Of a DNA stretch of 64,000 bases, positions 10,021-19,228 are shown piece by piece. The DNA is from an uncultured Oscillospiraceae bacterium (lineage in GTDB: Bacteria > Bacillota > Clostridia > Oscillospirales > Oscillospiraceae). The stretch is taken from positions 20,737-84,736 of the forward strand of contig CALWYQ010000156.1 in assembly GCA_944385815.1 (NCBI GenBank), given 5' to 3'. The number at the start of each line of letters is the position of its first letter. The first letter of the stretch is position 1. The notes beneath the pieces were generated by a model that was not told the origin of the DNA, did no database searches, and saw only the letters and a program-made list of their open reading frames with translations. Both the position numbers and the translations under genes were made by a program.

Positions 10021-10713
10021 ATGGAAAAGCACTATTCCGTGGCCATAGACGGCCCCTCCGGCGCGGGGAAGAGCACGATAGCCCGCGCCGCGGCCAGGCG
10101 CTTCGGCTTTATCTATGTGGACACCGGCGCGATCTACCGCACGGTGGCCCTCGCGGTGGAGCGCGCGGGCATAGCCTTCGGCGACGCGGCGGCCGTTGAG
10201 GCGCTGCTGCCGGAGCTGAGCGTATCCTTCGGCTACGGCGCCGACGGCGCGCAGAGGGAGTTTTTGAACGGCGAGGACGTGACGGCCTGCATACGCACGC
10301 CGGAGATATCCCGCCGCGCCTCGGACGTCTCGGCGATGCCGGCCGTAAGGGCCTACCTGCTGGACATGCAGCGCGCCATGGCCGGGCAGTTTTCCGTCAT
10401 CATGGACGGGCGCGACATAGGCACCGTGGTGCTGCCGGACGCGGACATAAAGATTTTCCTCACGGCGGACACGCGCTGCCGCGCCGCGCGCCGGTATAAG
10501 GAGCTTGCCGCCGCGGGCAGCGGCATGAGCTTCGAGGAGGTGCTGCGCGAGGTCACGGAGCGCGACGAGCGCGACTCCAGGCGCGCCGCGGCTCCGCTCG
10601 CCGTCGCCGAGGGCGCGCGCGTCATAGATACGAGCGAGCTCAATCTGGAGCAGAGCATAGACGCCGTCTGCGGCGTTATTTCCGACAGGTTAGGAGCTAA
10701 TTGCAATGGCTGA
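10021..10713 (+). CDS. cmk: Cytidylate kinase
   Basis: It has the P-loop AIDGPSGAGKST, a YVDTGAIYR motif and the conserved cmk-plsC-ispH/S1 order. Confidence 0.92.
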   Translation: MEKHYSVAIDGPSGAGKSTIARAAARRFGFIYVDTGAIYRTVALAVERAGIAFGDAAAVEALLPELSVSFGYGADGAQREFLNGEDVTACIRTPEISRRASDVSAMPAVRAYLLDMQRAMAGQFSVIMDGRDIGTVVLPDADIKIFLTADTRCRAARRYKELAAAGSGMSFEEVLREVTERDERDSRRAAAPLAVAEGARVIDTSELNLEQSIDAVCGVISDRLGANCNG

Positions 10714-11332
10714 GGAAAAGAACAAAAGCGCGGAGATGGAGAAAAAATACCGCCGCAGGTTCAGGCTTGTGTATTCCTTCGTCGTGCCGCTGACGCGCCT
10801 GTTCTTCCCTGTGCGCGGCGTCGGGCGCGAAAACCTGCCGGACGGCCCCGCCGTCGTCTGCGCCAACCACTCGCACCTGGTGGACCCCATACTCGCCGCG
10901 GCGGCCTGCGGCGGGCGCATGTTCATGCACTTCATCGCCAAGCACGAGCTCAGGAGCGTGCCTGTCGTCGGCTGGGTGCTTGAAAAATGCGGCGTGTGCT
11001 TTGTAAACCGGGGCGAGAGCGATATCAACGCCATGCGCAGCATGATGCGCTGCCTCAGGCACGGCGAGAAGATATTCATCTTCCCCGAGGGCACGCGCAC
11101 GGAGGAGGACAACATGGTAGACGCCAAGACCGGCGCCGTCCGCCTTGCCTCCAAGCTGAACGTGCCCATAGTGCCGGTGTACATACCGCGGCACAAAAAG
11201 CTCTTCAAACGCATCAAGGTGATTATCGGCCGGCCCTACAGCGTTCACGGCCGGACGCACGAGGAGTATGCGGAGCTCTCCGACGGAATAATGGAGCACA
11301 TCTACGAGCTCAGGGACGGTGAGAGCGCGTGA
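10706..11332 (+). CDS. plsC: 1-acyl-sn-glycerol-3-phosphate acyltransferase
   Basis: It has the acyltransferase motifs NHSHLVDP (HX4D) and FPEGTR. Confidence 0.85.
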   Translation: MAEEKNKSAEMEKKYRRRFRLVYSFVVPLTRLFFPVRGVGRENLPDGPAVVCANHSHLVDPILAAAACGGRMFMHFIAKHELRSVPVVGWVLEKCGVCFVNRGESDINAMRSMMRCLRHGEKIFIFPEGTRTEEDNMVDAKTGAVRLASKLNVPIVPVYIPRHKKLFKRIKVIIGRPYSVHGRTHEEYAELSDGIMEHIYELRDGESA

Positions 11333-13548
11333 GGCGGGTTATAGTCGCCAAAAGCGCGGGCTTCTGCTTCGGCGTCTCACGCTCCGTAAAGATGGCCGAG
11401 GCTCTGCTCGAGTCGGGCCCGGCGCTGAGCTATGGCCCGCTCATACACAACGCGGACGTGGTGGAGCGGCTGCGTGAGCGCGGCCTCGGCGTGATATCCT
11501 CGCCGGAGGAGGCTGGCCCGGGCGACAGGGTCATACTGCGCGCCCACGGCGTGCCGCTCGCCGAGGAGCAGGCGCTGCGCGGGCGCGGCGCCGAGGTGGT
11601 TGACGCCACCTGCCCCTTTGTCGCAAAAATACACCGGATAGCCGCGGAGGCCTCGGCCGCCGGGCGCGGCGTCATAGTCATAGGCAGCGCCGGGCACCCG
11701 GAGGTGCGCGCGATCTGCGGCCGCTGCACCGGCGCAAAAGTGGTCTCGGACGAGGCTGAGCTCAAAAATCTGCTCGAAACCGAGCCGGAAATCAGGTCAA
11801 AACCCCTGACAGTCGTGGTCCAGACTACGCAGACGGAAGAAAATCTTGCCCGGTGTGAAATTTTAATAAAAAAATGGTGTACAAACGCGGAAATATTTGA
11901 TACAATATGTTCTGCTACGTCCACCAGGCAAACTGAGGCCATAAAACTTGCCTCAGAGTGCGACGCAATGGTGGTCATAGGCGGCAGGAACAGCGCCAAC
12001 AGCCTGCATCTGGCAGAGCTTTGCGCCGAACGCTGCCCCAATACCCAATTCGTCGAAGGAGCCGGCGCGCTCGACATGCCGGCGCTTGCCGAGGCCCGGA
12101 CGATAGGGGTGACCGCCGGGGCGTCCGCGCCCGAGTGGATAATCAAGGAGGTACATGGTAAGATGAGCGACGAGATCCTGATTCAAGAGAACCCGGCAGA
12201 AGAGACCGCGGCAGAACCCGCAGTCGAGACGGCTGAGCCCGTGACCGAGGCGGCGGCTGAGACCGCAGTCCCCGCGGAAGAAGCCGCGCCCGCCGCCGAA
12301 GAGGCGGAAGCCGCCGAGAAGCCTGCGGCTGAAAAGAGCTTCGATGAACTGCTGGAGGATTCTCTTAAAACTATATATAATGGCGACAGAGTTTCCGGCA
12401 CTGTTGTGGCTATCACGCCCACTGAGGTCAGCGTAGACCTCGGCACCAAGTATTCGGCCTTCATCCCGACCGACGAGTTCACCAACGACGGCGCCGTCAG
12501 CATCGACGAGGCCGTCAAGGTCGGCGACACCGTTGAGGCCATAGTCGTCCGCGTCAACGACGTGGAGGGCACCGCCCAGCTGAGCAAGAAGCGCCTCGAC
12601 GCCGCCAAGAGCTGGCAGGTCATCGAGCAGGCCCAGGCCGACGGCACCGTCGTCGAGGGCATGGTCACCGAGGACAACAAGGGCGGCCTTGTCGTCAACG
12701 TTGGCGGCGTGCGCGTCTTTGTCCCGGCCAGCCAGAGCGGCCTGCCGAAGGACAGCCCGCTGAGCCAGCTGGTCAAGACCAGCGTCCGCCTCAAGATTAC
12801 CGAGGTCAACCGCGGCCGCCGCCGCGTGGTCGGCTCCATCCGCGCCGTTGTCCAGAAGGAGCGCCGCGAGAAGGCCGACGCCGTCTGGAACGAGATCGAG
12901 GTCGGCAAGACCTATCACGGCACCGTCAAGAGCCTCACCAGCTATGGCGCCTTTGTTGACATCGGCGGCATCGACGGCATGGTCCACGTCTCAGAGCTGA
13001 GCTGGAACCGCATCAAGAACCCCGCCGAGGTCGTGAGCGTCGGCCAGGAGGTCGATGTCTACGTCATCGGCTTCGACCGCGAGAAGCGCCGCATCTCCCT
13101 CGGCTACAAGAAGGCTGAGGACAACCCCTGGCTCAGGTTTGTCAACACCTGCTCCGTCGGCGACGTTGTCAAGGTCAAGGTTGTCAAGCTCATGCCCTTC
13201 GGCGCCTTTGCCGAGGTCATGGACGGCGTGGACGGCCTTATCCACATCAGCCAGATGAGCAACCACCGCATCGGCAAGCCCGAGGAGGTCCTCTCCGTCG
13301 GCGACGTGGTTGACGCCAAGATCACTGCTATCGACAACGACAAGCAGAAGATAAGCCTCTCCATCCGCGCCCTGACCGAGCCGGAGCAGCCCGCCCGCCG
13401 CGAGCGCGGCGAGCGCCGTGAGCGCCCCGAGCGCGAGCCGCGTGAGCGCCGCCCGATAGTCCCCGAGGAGGACGCCCTTGTCTATGAGGTCTCCGAGACC
13501 GGCGAGGCGAAGGGCAACATCCCCGACTTCGTTGACGACGAGGAGTAA
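11329..13548 (+). CDS. ispH: Bifunctional 4-hydroxy-3-methylbut-2-enyl diphosphate reductase (IspH) / ribosomal protein S1 fusion
   Basis: The N-terminal ~285 aa match IspH (AKSAGFCFGVSRSV, ATCPFV, ICSATSTRQ). An acidic Ala/Glu/Pro linker follows, then four S1 OB repeats (GTVVAITP.., GMVTEDNKGG.., GTVKSLTSYGAFVDI, VKVVKLMPFGAFAEV). Confidence 0.9.
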   Translation: MRRVIVAKSAGFCFGVSRSVKMAEALLESGPALSYGPLIHNADVVERLRERGLGVISSPEEAGPGDRVILRAHGVPLAEEQALRGRGAEVVDATCPFVAKIHRIAAEASAAGRGVIVIGSAGHPEVRAICGRCTGAKVVSDEAELKNLLETEPEIRSKPLTVVVQTTQTEENLARCEILIKKWCTNAEIFDTICSATSTRQTEAIKLASECDAMVVIGGRNSANSLHLAELCAERCPNTQFVEGAGALDMPALAEARTIGVTAGASAPEWIIKEVHGKMSDEILIQENPAEETAAEPAVETAEPVTEAAAETAVPAEEAAPAAEEAEAAEKPAAEKSFDELLEDSLKTIYNGDRVSGTVVAITPTEVSVDLGTKYSAFIPTDEFTNDGAVSIDEAVKVGDTVEAIVVRVNDVEGTAQLSKKRLDAAKSWQVIEQAQADGTVVEGMVTEDNKGGLVVNVGGVRVFVPASQSGLPKDSPLSQLVKTSVRLKITEVNRGRRRVVGSIRAVVQKERREKADAVWNEIEVGKTYHGTVKSLTSYGAFVDIGGIDGMVHVSELSWNRIKNPAEVVSVGQEVDVYVIGFDREKRRISLGYKKAEDNPWLRFVNTCSVGDVVKVKVVKLMPFGAFAEVMDGVDGLIHISQMSNHRIGKPEEVLSVGDVVDAKITAIDNDKQKISLSIRALTEPEQPARRERGERRERPEREPRERRPIVPEEDALVYEVSETGEAKGNIPDFVDDEE

Positions 13549-13558
13549 TAAAATCCCC

Positions 13559-13588
13559 AGCCCCCGGGCCAAAGCCCGGGGGCTTTTT
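13559..13588 (+). terminator. Rho-independent terminator after ispH::S1
   Basis: AGCCCCCGGGC / GCCCGGGGGCT form an 11-bp stem with a CAAA loop, followed by TTTTT. Confidence 0.8.
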
Positions 13589-13717
13589 GCGTGATGATAG
13601 AAAAAACCGCGATTTTACGGCCTTTTTTTGAGATTCCGCCTTGCGCGGCCCGCCCGGATGGTGTATAATAGTTAATGCATTGATAAGTCATAAGCCTTAA
13701 GGGAAACGGAGGTTAAA

Positions 13718-14200
13718 ATGACATTCCGGGTAGGCGACCGGATAGCTCATCCGATGCACGGCGCGGGCGTGATAGACAGCATCGAGACGCGGCGCGTGAA
13801 CGGGCGCGACAGGCAGTATTACGTACTGAAGCTCCCGGTGGGGGACATGCTCGTAATGGTGCCGGTGGACACCTGCGAGGCTATCGGCGTCAGGCCGATA
13901 GTAAAGCCGGACGAAGCCGAGAAGATACTCGGCGCAATTCCCGGCATGGTGGTCGAGATGACCGCCAACTGGAACAAGCGGTACAGGGAAAATATGCAGA
14001 GGATCAAGAGCGGCGACCTTATGGAGGTGGCCTCCGTGGTGAAGGGGCTCATGCTGCGCGACAGGGAGCGCGGCCTCTCCACCGGCGAGCGCAAAATGCT
14101 CCACTCCGCCCGGCAGATCCTCGTCTCCGAGCTTGTGCTCTCCGAGTGCGCGAGCTATGAGGAGGTCGAGGCGCGGCTCGACAGCGCCATGAAGCAATAG
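13718..14200 (+). CDS. carD: CarD/CdnL family RNA-polymerase-binding regulator
   Basis: It has the FRVGDRIAHPMHGAGVI N-terminus (CarD_CdnL_TRCF domain) and lies upstream of ispD-ispF, as in many Firmicutes. Confidence 0.88.
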   Translation: MTFRVGDRIAHPMHGAGVIDSIETRRVNGRDRQYYVLKLPVGDMLVMVPVDTCEAIGVRPIVKPDEAEKILGAIPGMVVEMTANWNKRYRENMQRIKSGDLMEVASVVKGLMLRDRERGLSTGERKMLHSARQILVSELVLSECASYEEVEARLDSAMKQ

Positions 14201-14317
14201 CAAAGGGACGGGAACCGGCCGCGGCCGGCTTCCGTCTTTGTTATTGCGGCGCGAATCGCTTTACAGCGCGTCCGCGCCGCTGTATAATTGCCGTATCACG
14301 ATTTTGAGGTTATTGCC

Positions 14318-15034
14318 ATGTTCAAAAGGACGCAGAAGCCGAGGACGCTGCCCTTTACCTCGGCGGTAATAGTCGCGGGCGGTTCATCGAGCCGCATGGG
14401 CGCGGACAAGATATTCATGGACCTCGGCGGCCGGCCGGTCATAGAGAGGACCATGCTCGCCTTTGAGCGCAGCGAGTACATAGACGAGATAGTCGTGGTG
14501 ACGCGCGCGGAAAAAATCCCCGAGACGGCCTCCGCGGCCCGCTCCGCCGGCGTGACGAAGCTCAAATGCGTCACGACGGGCGGAGAGAACCGGACGGCGA
14601 GCTCTTACGCCGGAGTTTCGGAGTGCTCCGAAACGGCCGGGCTCATAGCCATACACGACGCGGCCCGCCCATTGGTGACGCCGGAGATAATCGAGCGCGC
14701 CGTATGCGCGGCGGCGGAGCGCGGCGCGGCCGCACCCGCCATCCACGTGAAGGACACAGTGCGCCAGGCCCGCGGCGGCAGGGTGCTGCGCACCCTCGAG
14801 CGCGAGGAGCTGTTTTTGATGCAGACGCCGCAGGTTTTCCGCGCCGACCTCATACGCGCCGCCCTCGGCGACGCGGCGAGGCTGGGCATCTCGCTGACCG
14901 ACGACTGCGCCGCCGTGATGCTGCTCGACGCGGAGGTGTTCCTTGTCGAGGGCAGCGAGGAAAACCTGAAGCTGACCACGCCGGCGGACGTATACGCCGC
15001 CGAGGCAATATTGGAGGGGAGGGGCGAAGCGTGA
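14318..15034 (+). CDS. ispD: 2-C-methyl-D-erythritol 4-phosphate cytidylyltransferase
   Basis: It has [19 protein letters not shown] and TDD motifs. I place the start at ATG 14318, behind a GAGGT RBS, rather than at the track TTG 14288. Confidence 0.9.
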   Translation: MFKRTQKPRTLPFTSAVIVAGGSSSRMGADKIFMDLGGRPVIERTMLAFERSEYIDEIVVVTRAEKIPETASAARSAGVTKLKCVTTGGENRTASSYAGVSECSETAGLIAIHDAARPLVTPEIIERAVCAAAERGAAAPAIHVKDTVRQARGGRVLRTLEREELFLMQTPQVFRADLIRAALGDAARLGISLTDDCAAVMLLDAEVFLVEGSEENLKLTTPADVYAAEAILEGRGEA

Positions 15035-15510
15035 ATTTCAGGATAGGCCACGGCTACGACGTGCACCGCCTTGTCGAGGGGCGGAGGCTAATACTGGGCG
15101 GCGTTGACGTGCCGTTCGGGCTCGGCCTGCTCGGCCACTCGGACGCCGACGTGCTTGTCCACGCCGTTATGGACGCGCTGCTCGGCGCGGCGGCGCTCGG
15201 GGACATAGGCAGGCTCTTCCCGGACACGGACGAGCGCTATTCCGGGGCGGACAGCCTGAAGCTGCTCGCCGGGGTCATGGAAAGGCTGCGCGCCGGGGGA
15301 TACTCCGTCTCGAACATAGACGCCACAATCATAGCCCAGCGGCCGAAGCTCGCGCCGTACATAGACGAGATGCGCCGCAATATCGCCCTCGCCGCCGGGC
15401 TCGAGATAGGGCAGGTCAGCGTAAAGGCCACGACGGAGGAGAAGCTGGGCTTCACGGGCGAGGGCCTGGGCATAGCCGCCCACGCCATAGCGCTGCTCTG
15501 CAGGGGCTGA
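15031..15510 (+). CDS. ispF: 2-C-methyl-D-erythritol 2,4-cyclodiphosphate synthase
   Basis: It begins [12 protein letters not shown] and contains [11 protein letters not shown]. The GTG start at 15031 overlaps the ispD stop (GTGA). The upstream part of track ORF 14566..15510 is an out-of-context extension inside ispD. Confidence 0.9.
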   Translation: MNFRIGHGYDVHRLVEGRRLILGGVDVPFGLGLLGHSDADVLVHAVMDALLGAAALGDIGRLFPDTDERYSGADSLKLLAGVMERLRAGGYSVSNIDATIIAQRPKLAPYIDEMRRNIALAAGLEIGQVSVKATTEEKLGFTGEGLGIAAHAIALLCRG

Positions 15511-15581
15511 CAAATACATATCCGCCGCATATGATGGCATAAGGGCTGGGCCCTGCACTTCAAGGTGGAGGTTTGTCATAT

Positions 15582-15836
15582 ATGCAGCGATACCTTATCA
15601 TGTGCCGCTCACTGACCTATGCGCAGAGGGCGGCATCGGCGCTTGAGCGCGCGGGAGTGACGGCTGCCGTCTCGCGCGCGCCGCAGCAGCTGACGGCGAA
15701 CGGCTGCGGCTACTGCCTGCGCGTTAACGAAAACCGCTTCCATGCCGCCCTCGGTGTGTTGGAGCGCGGCGGGATCCCGCACGGCAGGCTCTACCGCGCC
15801 GAGGCCGACGGCAGATACGTGGAGGTGGCGCGGTGA
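15582..15836 (+). CDS. DUF3343-type small protein (putative S/Se carrier-like)
   Basis: It is about 84 aa, beginning MQRYLIMCRSLTYAQRAASALERAG. A GGAGG RBS lies 11 nt upstream of ATG 15582. It is translationally coupled (GTGA) to the downstream desulfurase. Confidence 0.6.
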   Translation: MQRYLIMCRSLTYAQRAASALERAGVTAAVSRAPQQLTANGCGYCLRVNENRFHAALGVLERGGIPHGRLYRAEADGRYVEVAR

Positions 15837-16966
15837 TATACCTCGACAGCGCCGCAACCACGCTGCAAAAGCCCCGGGCCGTGGCCGAAGCCATGAGCAC
15901 GGCCACCGGCACGATGGCGAGCCCCGGCAGGGGCGGTCACAGGCCGGCGCGCCTCGCCGCGGAGACCGCCTGGGCCTGCCGCGAGGCCATAGCGCGGCTT
16001 TTTAATTTCGACAGGCCGGAAAACGTGGCCTTTACCATGAACGCCACGCACGCTCTGAATATCGCGCTCGGCTCCCTTGTGACGCCGGGCGGGCGCGTGG
16101 TCGTTTCCGGCTGGGAGCACAACGCCGTAGTGCGCGCACTGCACGCGCTCGGCGCGGAGCTTGACGTCGTGCCCGGCGCGCTGTTTGACTCGGACGCGGC
16201 GCTCGAGGGCTTCCGCGAGAGGCTGCGCGGGGCGGAATGCTGCGTCTGCACGCATGTGAGCAATGTGTTCGGCTTTGTGCTGCCGGTTTATGAGATAGCC
16301 GCTCTGTGCCGGGAATACGGCGTGCCCTTTGTCCTCGACGCCTCGCAGAGCGCCGGAGCGCTGCCGCTCGATGCGGCAGGGCTGGGCGCGGACTTCATAG
16401 CGATGCCGGGGCACAAGGGCCTTCTGGGTCCGCAGGGGACGGGCGTGCTGCTCTGCTCTGCGCCGGTCAGGCCGCTGCTGTTCGGCGGCACCGGCTCGGA
16501 GAGCCGCAGCAGGGCTATGCCGGCCTTCCTGCCGGACCGGCTGGAGGCCGGGACGCACAATATCCCCGGCATTGCGGGGCTGTTGGCCGGCGTGAATTAT
16601 GTAAACCGGCTTGGCCCGGCGAATATAGCGCGCCGCGAGCGCGCGCTCATGCGCGCCCTTGCGCTCGAGCTGAAAAAGCTCCCGGGGCTTGAGGTGTTTC
16701 TCTCGGACGGGGAGGAGGCGCAGGCCGGGGTGCTGTCGGTGCGGCATGAGCGCGCCGGCAGCGAGGAGCTGGGCGAGGCCCTGGGCAGGCTCGGCGTCTG
16801 CGTCCGCGCGGGGCTGCACTGCGCGCCGCTCGCGCATGAGAGCGCCGGGACGATAGAGACGGGCACGGTCAGGCTGAGCCTCTCGCCCTTTAACAGCCCG
16901 GCGGAGCTCCGCCGCGTGCCCGGCCTTATGCGCCGGGCGATATCCGGGGCGCTGGCCGGCGCCTGA
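15833..16966 (+). CDS. Cysteine desulfurase family protein (aminotransferase class V)
   Basis: It has the IYLDSAATT N-terminus, a PLP-lysine region (MPGHKGLLGPQGTG) and GLHCAP near the C-terminus. Confidence 0.85.
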   Translation: MIYLDSAATTLQKPRAVAEAMSTATGTMASPGRGGHRPARLAAETAWACREAIARLFNFDRPENVAFTMNATHALNIALGSLVTPGGRVVVSGWEHNAVVRALHALGAELDVVPGALFDSDAALEGFRERLRGAECCVCTHVSNVFGFVLPVYEIAALCREYGVPFVLDASQSAGALPLDAAGLGADFIAMPGHKGLLGPQGTGVLLCSAPVRPLLFGGTGSESRSRAMPAFLPDRLEAGTHNIPGIAGLLAGVNYVNRLGPANIARRERALMRALALELKKLPGLEVFLSDGEEAQAGVLSVRHERAGSEELGEALGRLGVCVRAGLHCAPLAHESAGTIETGTVRLSLSPFNSPAELRRVPGLMRRAISGALAGA

Positions 16967-16971
16967 AATAT

Positions 16972-17004
16972 GGCCGGGCCAAGCCGCCCGGCCGCATTAT
17001 TTTT
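16972..17004 (+). terminator. Rho-independent terminator after the cysteine desulfurase gene
   Basis: GGCCGGGC / GCCCGGCC form a stem with a 6-nt loop, followed by a T-rich ATTATTTTT tract. Confidence 0.6.
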
Positions 17005-17022
17005 GAACTTTCTTATTTCGCC

Positions 17023-17051
17023 TTGCACTTTGCGGCGTTTTATTATATAAT
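17023..17051 (+). promoter_or_regulatory. Sigma-A-type promoter for cdaA-cdaR
   Basis: TTGCAC (17023-17028), a 17-nt spacer, then TATAAT (17046-17051). Confidence 0.55.
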
Positions 17052-17075
17052 ATCATGAATTGACATGCGCATAAT

Positions 17076-17993
17076 TTGGCGCGAACACGAACACGGGTGA
17101 ACGACGTGGGAATAGCTGATTTTTTCTCCAACTCAATAAACTACATGATGACGATGAGCATAACCGACATCATCGACATCCTGATCGTCGCGGCGATCAT
17201 CTACATCTGCATCGGGCTCATCCGCCGCACGAACGCCATACGCCTCGCGCGAGGGATAGTGCTTATCCTGCTGGCGTTTGTGCTGGCCGACCTGCTCAAC
17301 CTGCAGATGGTCAGCTCGCTGCTGCGCGGGATCGTCGAGATAGGCCTCATCGCCCTTGTCGTCATTTTCCAGCCGGAGGTGCGCCGGCTGCTTGAGCGCA
17401 TGGGCTCGGGCAGGTTTGCGTATTTCTTCGGCGCTCCCGGCGTGCCGGCGACCATGGAGGCTGTCATAAACCAGACCGTCCTCGCCTGCACAAGCATGTC
17501 CGAGAGCCGCACGGGCGCGCTTATTGTCTTTGAGCGGACAAGCCTGCTCAACGACCCCATCGCCACGGGCACCATAGTGAACGCGGACGTTTCAAGCGAG
17601 CTTCTGCGCAACATCTTTTTTGTCAACAGCCCGCTGCACGACGGCGCGGTCATTATGCGCGAGGGGCGGATAGCCGCCGCCGGCTGTATGCTCCCGCTTT
17701 CCAAGAACGCCTCGCTGAGCTCCGACCTCGGTATGCGCCACCGCGCCGGCATAGGCATGAGCGAGCACTCCGACGCCGTCGTGGCCATAGTCAGCGAGGA
17801 GACGGGCGCCATATCCGTCGCGATGGACGGCATGCTCAAGCGGCACCTCACGCCGGAGACCTTCGGGCGCATACTGCGCGCCGAGCTCATGCCCGACAGC
17901 GATGAACAGCCCAAAAAGCGCGGCATGGCCGTGCTTATCGACTCCGTCAAGGGCCTCAAGGTGAAAAAGGATGAAAAACGAGAAGTTAAGTAA
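17076..17993 (+). CDS. cdaA: Diadenylate cyclase CdaA
   Basis: It has three N-terminal TM helices and DAC-domain motifs HDGAVIM and GMRHRAGIG. The start is uncertain (TTG 17076, GTG 17097 or GTG 17106). Confidence 0.88.
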   Translation: MARTRTRVNDVGIADFFSNSINYMMTMSITDIIDILIVAAIIYICIGLIRRTNAIRLARGIVLILLAFVLADLLNLQMVSSLLRGIVEIGLIALVVIFQPEVRRLLERMGSGRFAYFFGAPGVPATMEAVINQTVLACTSMSESRTGALIVFERTSLLNDPIATGTIVNADVSSELLRNIFFVNSPLHDGAVIMREGRIAAAGCMLPLSKNASLSSDLGMRHRAGIGMSEHSDAVVAIVSEETGAISVAMDGMLKRHLTPETFGRILRAELMPDSDEQPKKRGMAVLIDSVKGLKVKKDEKREVK

Positions 17994-19218
17994 GCTCTTT
18001 AACAACAACATATTCTGGGCCGTCATCTCCCTTGTCGCCGCGCTCGGCATCTGGGTGTACATGACCGGCACGCAGACGGAGCCCATAGAAAAGACCCTCT
18101 ACGGCGTGCAGGTCGCCATACTTGGCGAGGAGGAGCTGCAGGCCACCCGCGGCCTTGTAGTGACGGACGTCAGCGTCCAGACCGTGGACGTGACCATTTC
18201 CGGCACGAGGATGAACATCGGCCGCCTGAGCTCGGACGATGTGCAGGCGGTCATAGACGTCCAGCGCCTTACCAACGCGGGCATGTTCACGCTGAACTAC
18301 AGCCTTTCCTACCCGGACGGCGTGGATTCGAGCGCCGTGCGCATAGTGCGCAGCTCGCCGAGCAGCGTGAGCTTCCAGCTCACCCGCATGGACGACAGGC
18401 AGTTCCCCGTCGAGGCGGTGTTCAGCGGCAGCGTGGCCGACGGGTACATGCTCGGCGACGTGGAGTATGAGCCTCAGACCATTACGGTCAGAGGCCCGGC
18501 CAGCGTGCTCGACTCCATAGACAAGGTCTACGCCGAGGTCTCGCTCACGGATATGGACGCCACGCGCACCGTGGACGTGCCCTACCTGCTGCTGGACGCC
18601 GACGGCAACGAGATATCGCAGGAAGGCCTTGAGTTTGACTTCAACACTATTTCGGTCACCATCCCGATAAGCAAGATGAAGGACGTGCCCATCTACGTGA
18701 CGCTCATAGAGGGCGCCGGGGCCACGCGCGAGAATACGGAGATAAACCGCAGCGTGACGAGCATCACGATAGCCGGCGAGGCCTCCGTGGTGGACGGGAT
18801 AAACCGCATAGAGGTCGGCCCCGTGGACCTCACCAGGTTTGAGCTCACGTATGAGGACACGCTTGATATAGTCCTGCCGAACGACGTTGAGAATATCTCC
18901 GGCATAGAGGAGGTAGACGTCACGGTGGAGGTCACGGGCCTCGCCGTCAGGGACTTCGTCGTTACGAATATAAGCTCCACGGGCCTGCCCGAGGGCTACA
19001 GCGCCGAGCTTATGACGCACTCGCTGACCGTGACCATACGCGGGCCGGAGGAGGCGCTCTCCGAGCTCACAAGCGCGAATATCCGCGCCGTCGCCGACCT
19101 CTCCAAGACCACGGCGACCGGCACGATGGACACCTCGAATGTGGACATCGAGGTTGACGGCGCGCTCAACTGCGGCGCTGTCGGCACCTACAGGCTCACA
19201 TACGACATAAGCAGATAG
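17971..19218 (+). CDS. cdaR: CdaA regulatory protein CdaR (YbbR-domain repeats)
   Basis: It has an N-terminal TM helix followed by repeated YbbR-like beta modules. It overlaps the end of cdaA, the conserved cdaA-cdaR arrangement. Confidence 0.8.
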   Translation: MKNEKLSKLFNNNIFWAVISLVAALGIWVYMTGTQTEPIEKTLYGVQVAILGEEELQATRGLVVTDVSVQTVDVTISGTRMNIGRLSSDDVQAVIDVQRLTNAGMFTLNYSLSYPDGVDSSAVRIVRSSPSSVSFQLTRMDDRQFPVEAVFSGSVADGYMLGDVEYEPQTITVRGPASVLDSIDKVYAEVSLTDMDATRTVDVPYLLLDADGNEISQEGLEFDFNTISVTIPISKMKDVPIYVTLIEGAGATRENTEINRSVTSITIAGEASVVDGINRIEVGPVDLTRFELTYEDTLDIVLPNDVENISGIEEVDVTVEVTGLAVRDFVVTNISSTGLPEGYSAELMTHSLTVTIRGPEEALSELTSANIRAVADLSKTTATGTMDTSNVDIEVDGALNCGAVGTYRLTYDISR

Positions 19219-19228
19219 GAGGAAAAGC

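Noticed and set aside
10131-10134. The idea that the ATA preference results from avoidance of GATC (which G-ending codon + ATC would create).
   Set aside because: GATC tetramers occur freely (e.g. gcGATCtac in cmk at 10131-10134 and several others nearby), so no obvious GATC avoidance is visible.
14566-15030. An apparent 155-codon extension upstream of ispF (track ORF 14566-15510).
   Set aside because: The extension is out of frame inside ispD and is Arg/Gly-rich nonsense. IspF homology begins at the GTG 15031 codon.
15791-16837. A 348-aa minus-strand ORF opposite the cysteine desulfurase gene.
   Set aside because: It is an Arg/Ala/Pro/Gly-rich antisense artefact. The plus-strand gene carries clear class-V aminotransferase motifs.
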